A DNA stretch of 64,000 nucleotides from Squalus acanthias (lineage: Eukaryota), in the NCBI GenBank assembly GCA_030390025.1, contig CM059438.1, positions 54,004,001 through 54,068,000 of the forward strand, read 5' to 3'. The position numbers and the translations under genes are program-made. Position 1 is the stretch's first letter. Every line of letters begins with the position of its first letter. Shown piece by piece: positions 61,801 to 64,000 of the stretch. Under the pieces are notes generated by a model that made no database searches, was not told the DNA's origin, and saw only the letters and a list, made by a program, of their open reading frames with translations.

Positions 61801-63395
61801 TTAGCGGGCTTAAAAGTGGATAAATCCCCAGGCCCAGACGAGATGTATCCCAGGCCGCTGTGTGAGGCAAGGGAGGAGATTGCAGGGGCTCTGACACAAA
61901 TTTTCAGAACCTCTCTGGCCACAGGGGAGGTGCCAGAGGACTGGAGAACAGCTAACGTAGTACCATTATTCAAGAAGGGTAGTAGGATAAACCAGGGAAT
62001 TACAGGCCAGTGAGCCTAACATCAGTGGTAGGGAAATTATTGGAAAAAATTCTGAGGGACAGAATTAGTCTCCACTTGGAGAGGCAAGGATTAATCAAGG
62101 CTAGTCAGCATAGTTTTGTCAGGGGGAGATCATGTCTGACCAATTTGATTGAATTTTTCGAGGGGGTGACTAGGTGTGTGGATGAGGGTAGTGCAGCTGA
62201 TGTGGTCTACATGGACTTCAGTAAGGCTTTTGACAAAGTCCTGCATGGGAGACTGGTCAAGAAGGTAAGAGCCCATGGGATCCAGGGCAACTTGGCACAT
62301 TGGATCCAAAATTGGCTTAGTGGCAGGAGGCAGAGGGTGATGGTCGAAGGTTGTTTTTGTGACTGGAAGCCTGTGTCCAGTAGTGTACCGCAGGGATCGG
62401 TGCTGGGTCCTTTGCTGTTTGTAGTGTACATTAATGATTTAGATATGAATGTAGGAGGCATGATCAGTAAGTTCGCAGATGACACGAAAATTGGTGGGGT
62501 GGTAAATAGCGAGGAGGGAAGCCTCAGGCTACAGGACGATATAGATGGGTTGGTCAGATGGGCAGAACAGTGGCAAATGGAATTTAACCCTGAAAAGTGT
62601 GAGGTGATGCATTTTGGGAGGACTAACAAGGCAAGGGAATACACAATGAATTGTAGGACCCTAGGAAGGACAGAGGATCAGAGGGACCTTGGTGTGCATG
62701 TACATAGACCCCTGAAGGCAGCAGGACAGGTAGATAAGGTGGTTAAGAAGGCATATGGGATACTTGCCTTCATTAGCCGAGGCATAGAATATAAGAGCAG
62801 GGAGGTTATGATGGAGCTGTACAAAACGCTAGTTAGGCCACAGCTGGAATACTGTGTGCAGTTCTGGTCACCACACTATAGGAAGGATGTGATTGCATTG
62901 GAGAGGGTGCAGAGGAGATTCACCAGGATGTTACCTGGGTTGCAGCGCTTCAGCTATGAAGAGAGACTGGACAGGCTGGGGTTGTTTTCCTTAGAGCAGA
63001 GAAGGCTGAGGGGGGACCTGATTGAGGTGTACAAAATTATGAGGGGCATAGATAGGGTAGATAGAAAGGAACTTTTCCCCTTAGTAGAGGGGTCAATAAC
63101 CAGGGGCATAGTTTCAAGGTAAGGGGCAGGAGGTTTAGAGGGGATTTGAGGAAAAACTTTTTCACCCAGAGGGTGGTTGGAATCTGGATCTCACTGCCTG
63201 AAAGGGTGGTAGAGGCAGGAACCCTCACAATATTCAAGAAGCATTTAGATGAGCACTTGAAATGCCATAGCATACAAGGCTACGGACCAAGTGCTGGAAA
63301 ATGGGATTAGAATAGATAGGGCTTGATGGCCGGCATGGACACGATGGGCCAAAGGGCCTCTTTCTGTGCTGTATAACTCTATGACTCTATGACTA
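58870..63395 (+). mobile_element. CR1 copy C, full-length (4.5 kb): 5' UTR, ORF1 (zinc finger, leucine zipper, SGNH esterase), frameshifted ORF2, 3' UTR
   Basis: TSD tggtc (58865-58869 and 63396-63400). ORF1 from 59438 has CSSC..CRKC, a Leu heptad, IGDS and DGLH. ORF2 is in pieces to about 63300; (actctatg)n tail. Confidence 0.95.
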
Positions 63396-64000
63396 TGGTC
63401 CACTCCTCAATCACCCCTAACAGCCCTTCCCCTTCGCCCGGCACCTTCCCGTGCAAGCGCAGGAGATGCAACACCTACCCTTTTACCTCCTCCCTCCCCA
63501 CTGTCCAGGGCCCCAAACACTCCTTCCAGGTGAAACAGCGATTTACTTGTACTTCTTGCAATTTAGTATACTGTATTCGCTGCTCACGATGCGGTCTCCT
63601 CTACGTTGGGGAGACCAAACGCAGATTGGGCGACCGCTTTGCGGAACACCTCCGTTCAGTCCGTAAGGATGACCCTGAGCTTCCGGTCGCCTGTCACTTT
63701 AATTCACCGCTTCACTCCCACTCTGATCTCTCTGTCCTCGGCCTCTTACACTGTTCCAATGAAGCTCAACGTAAGCTCGAGGAACAGCACCTCATCTTTC
63801 GATTAGGCACTTTACAGCCTCTGGACTCAACACTGAGTTCAACAATTTGAAACTATAACCCCTGCCCCCATTTTTCAAGCTATATGATTTTGCCATTCCC
63901 ATTTGCAATATTTTATCTTTCCTGCCTCTTACATAAGCACAGTATGGTCCTTCAATTCCTTCCTCCCCTCCCACCACCCCACTGTCTCTGCACCTGCTTA
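63396..64000 (+). mobile_element. Penelope-like GIY-YIG fragment; its start (58847-58869) is split off by CR1 copy C
   Basis: SLRDTLV | HSSITP..CKRRRCN..FTCTSCNLVYCIRCSRCGLLYVGETKRRLGDRFAEH. Confidence 0.88.

Overview
Vertebrate genomic DNA; the repeat families suggest a cartilaginous fish such as a shark (inference). The only host gene is SLC25A16 (Graves disease carrier, a mitochondrial carrier) on the minus strand. Seven coding exons are present between 35375 and 18725 (exons 3-9 by homology), all GT-AG and in frame; exons 1-2 were not found. Most of the rest is nested transposable elements: several CR1 LINE subfamilies (one full-length at 58870-63395), L2 LINEs, RTE-type fragments, Penelope-like fragments with hammerhead-ribozyme motifs, one full-length Ty3/Gypsy element (tRNA-Trp PBS, 4-bp TSD), PIF/Harbinger and hAT MITEs, tRNA-derived SINEs, minisatellites and a 200-N gap. 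The most interesting signal is that all five CR1 ORF1/ORF2 junctions read T_TTA_AAC-TAA, the classic -1 slippery heptamer followed by a stop. ORF2 is open in the -1 frame across the site and a G-rich tract follows about 8-10 nt downstream. This suggests conserved -1 programmed ribosomal frameshifting that would give an ORF1(esterase)-ORF2(EN-RT) fusion protein. Boundaries of decayed repeats are approximate unless a TSD or TIR is given.
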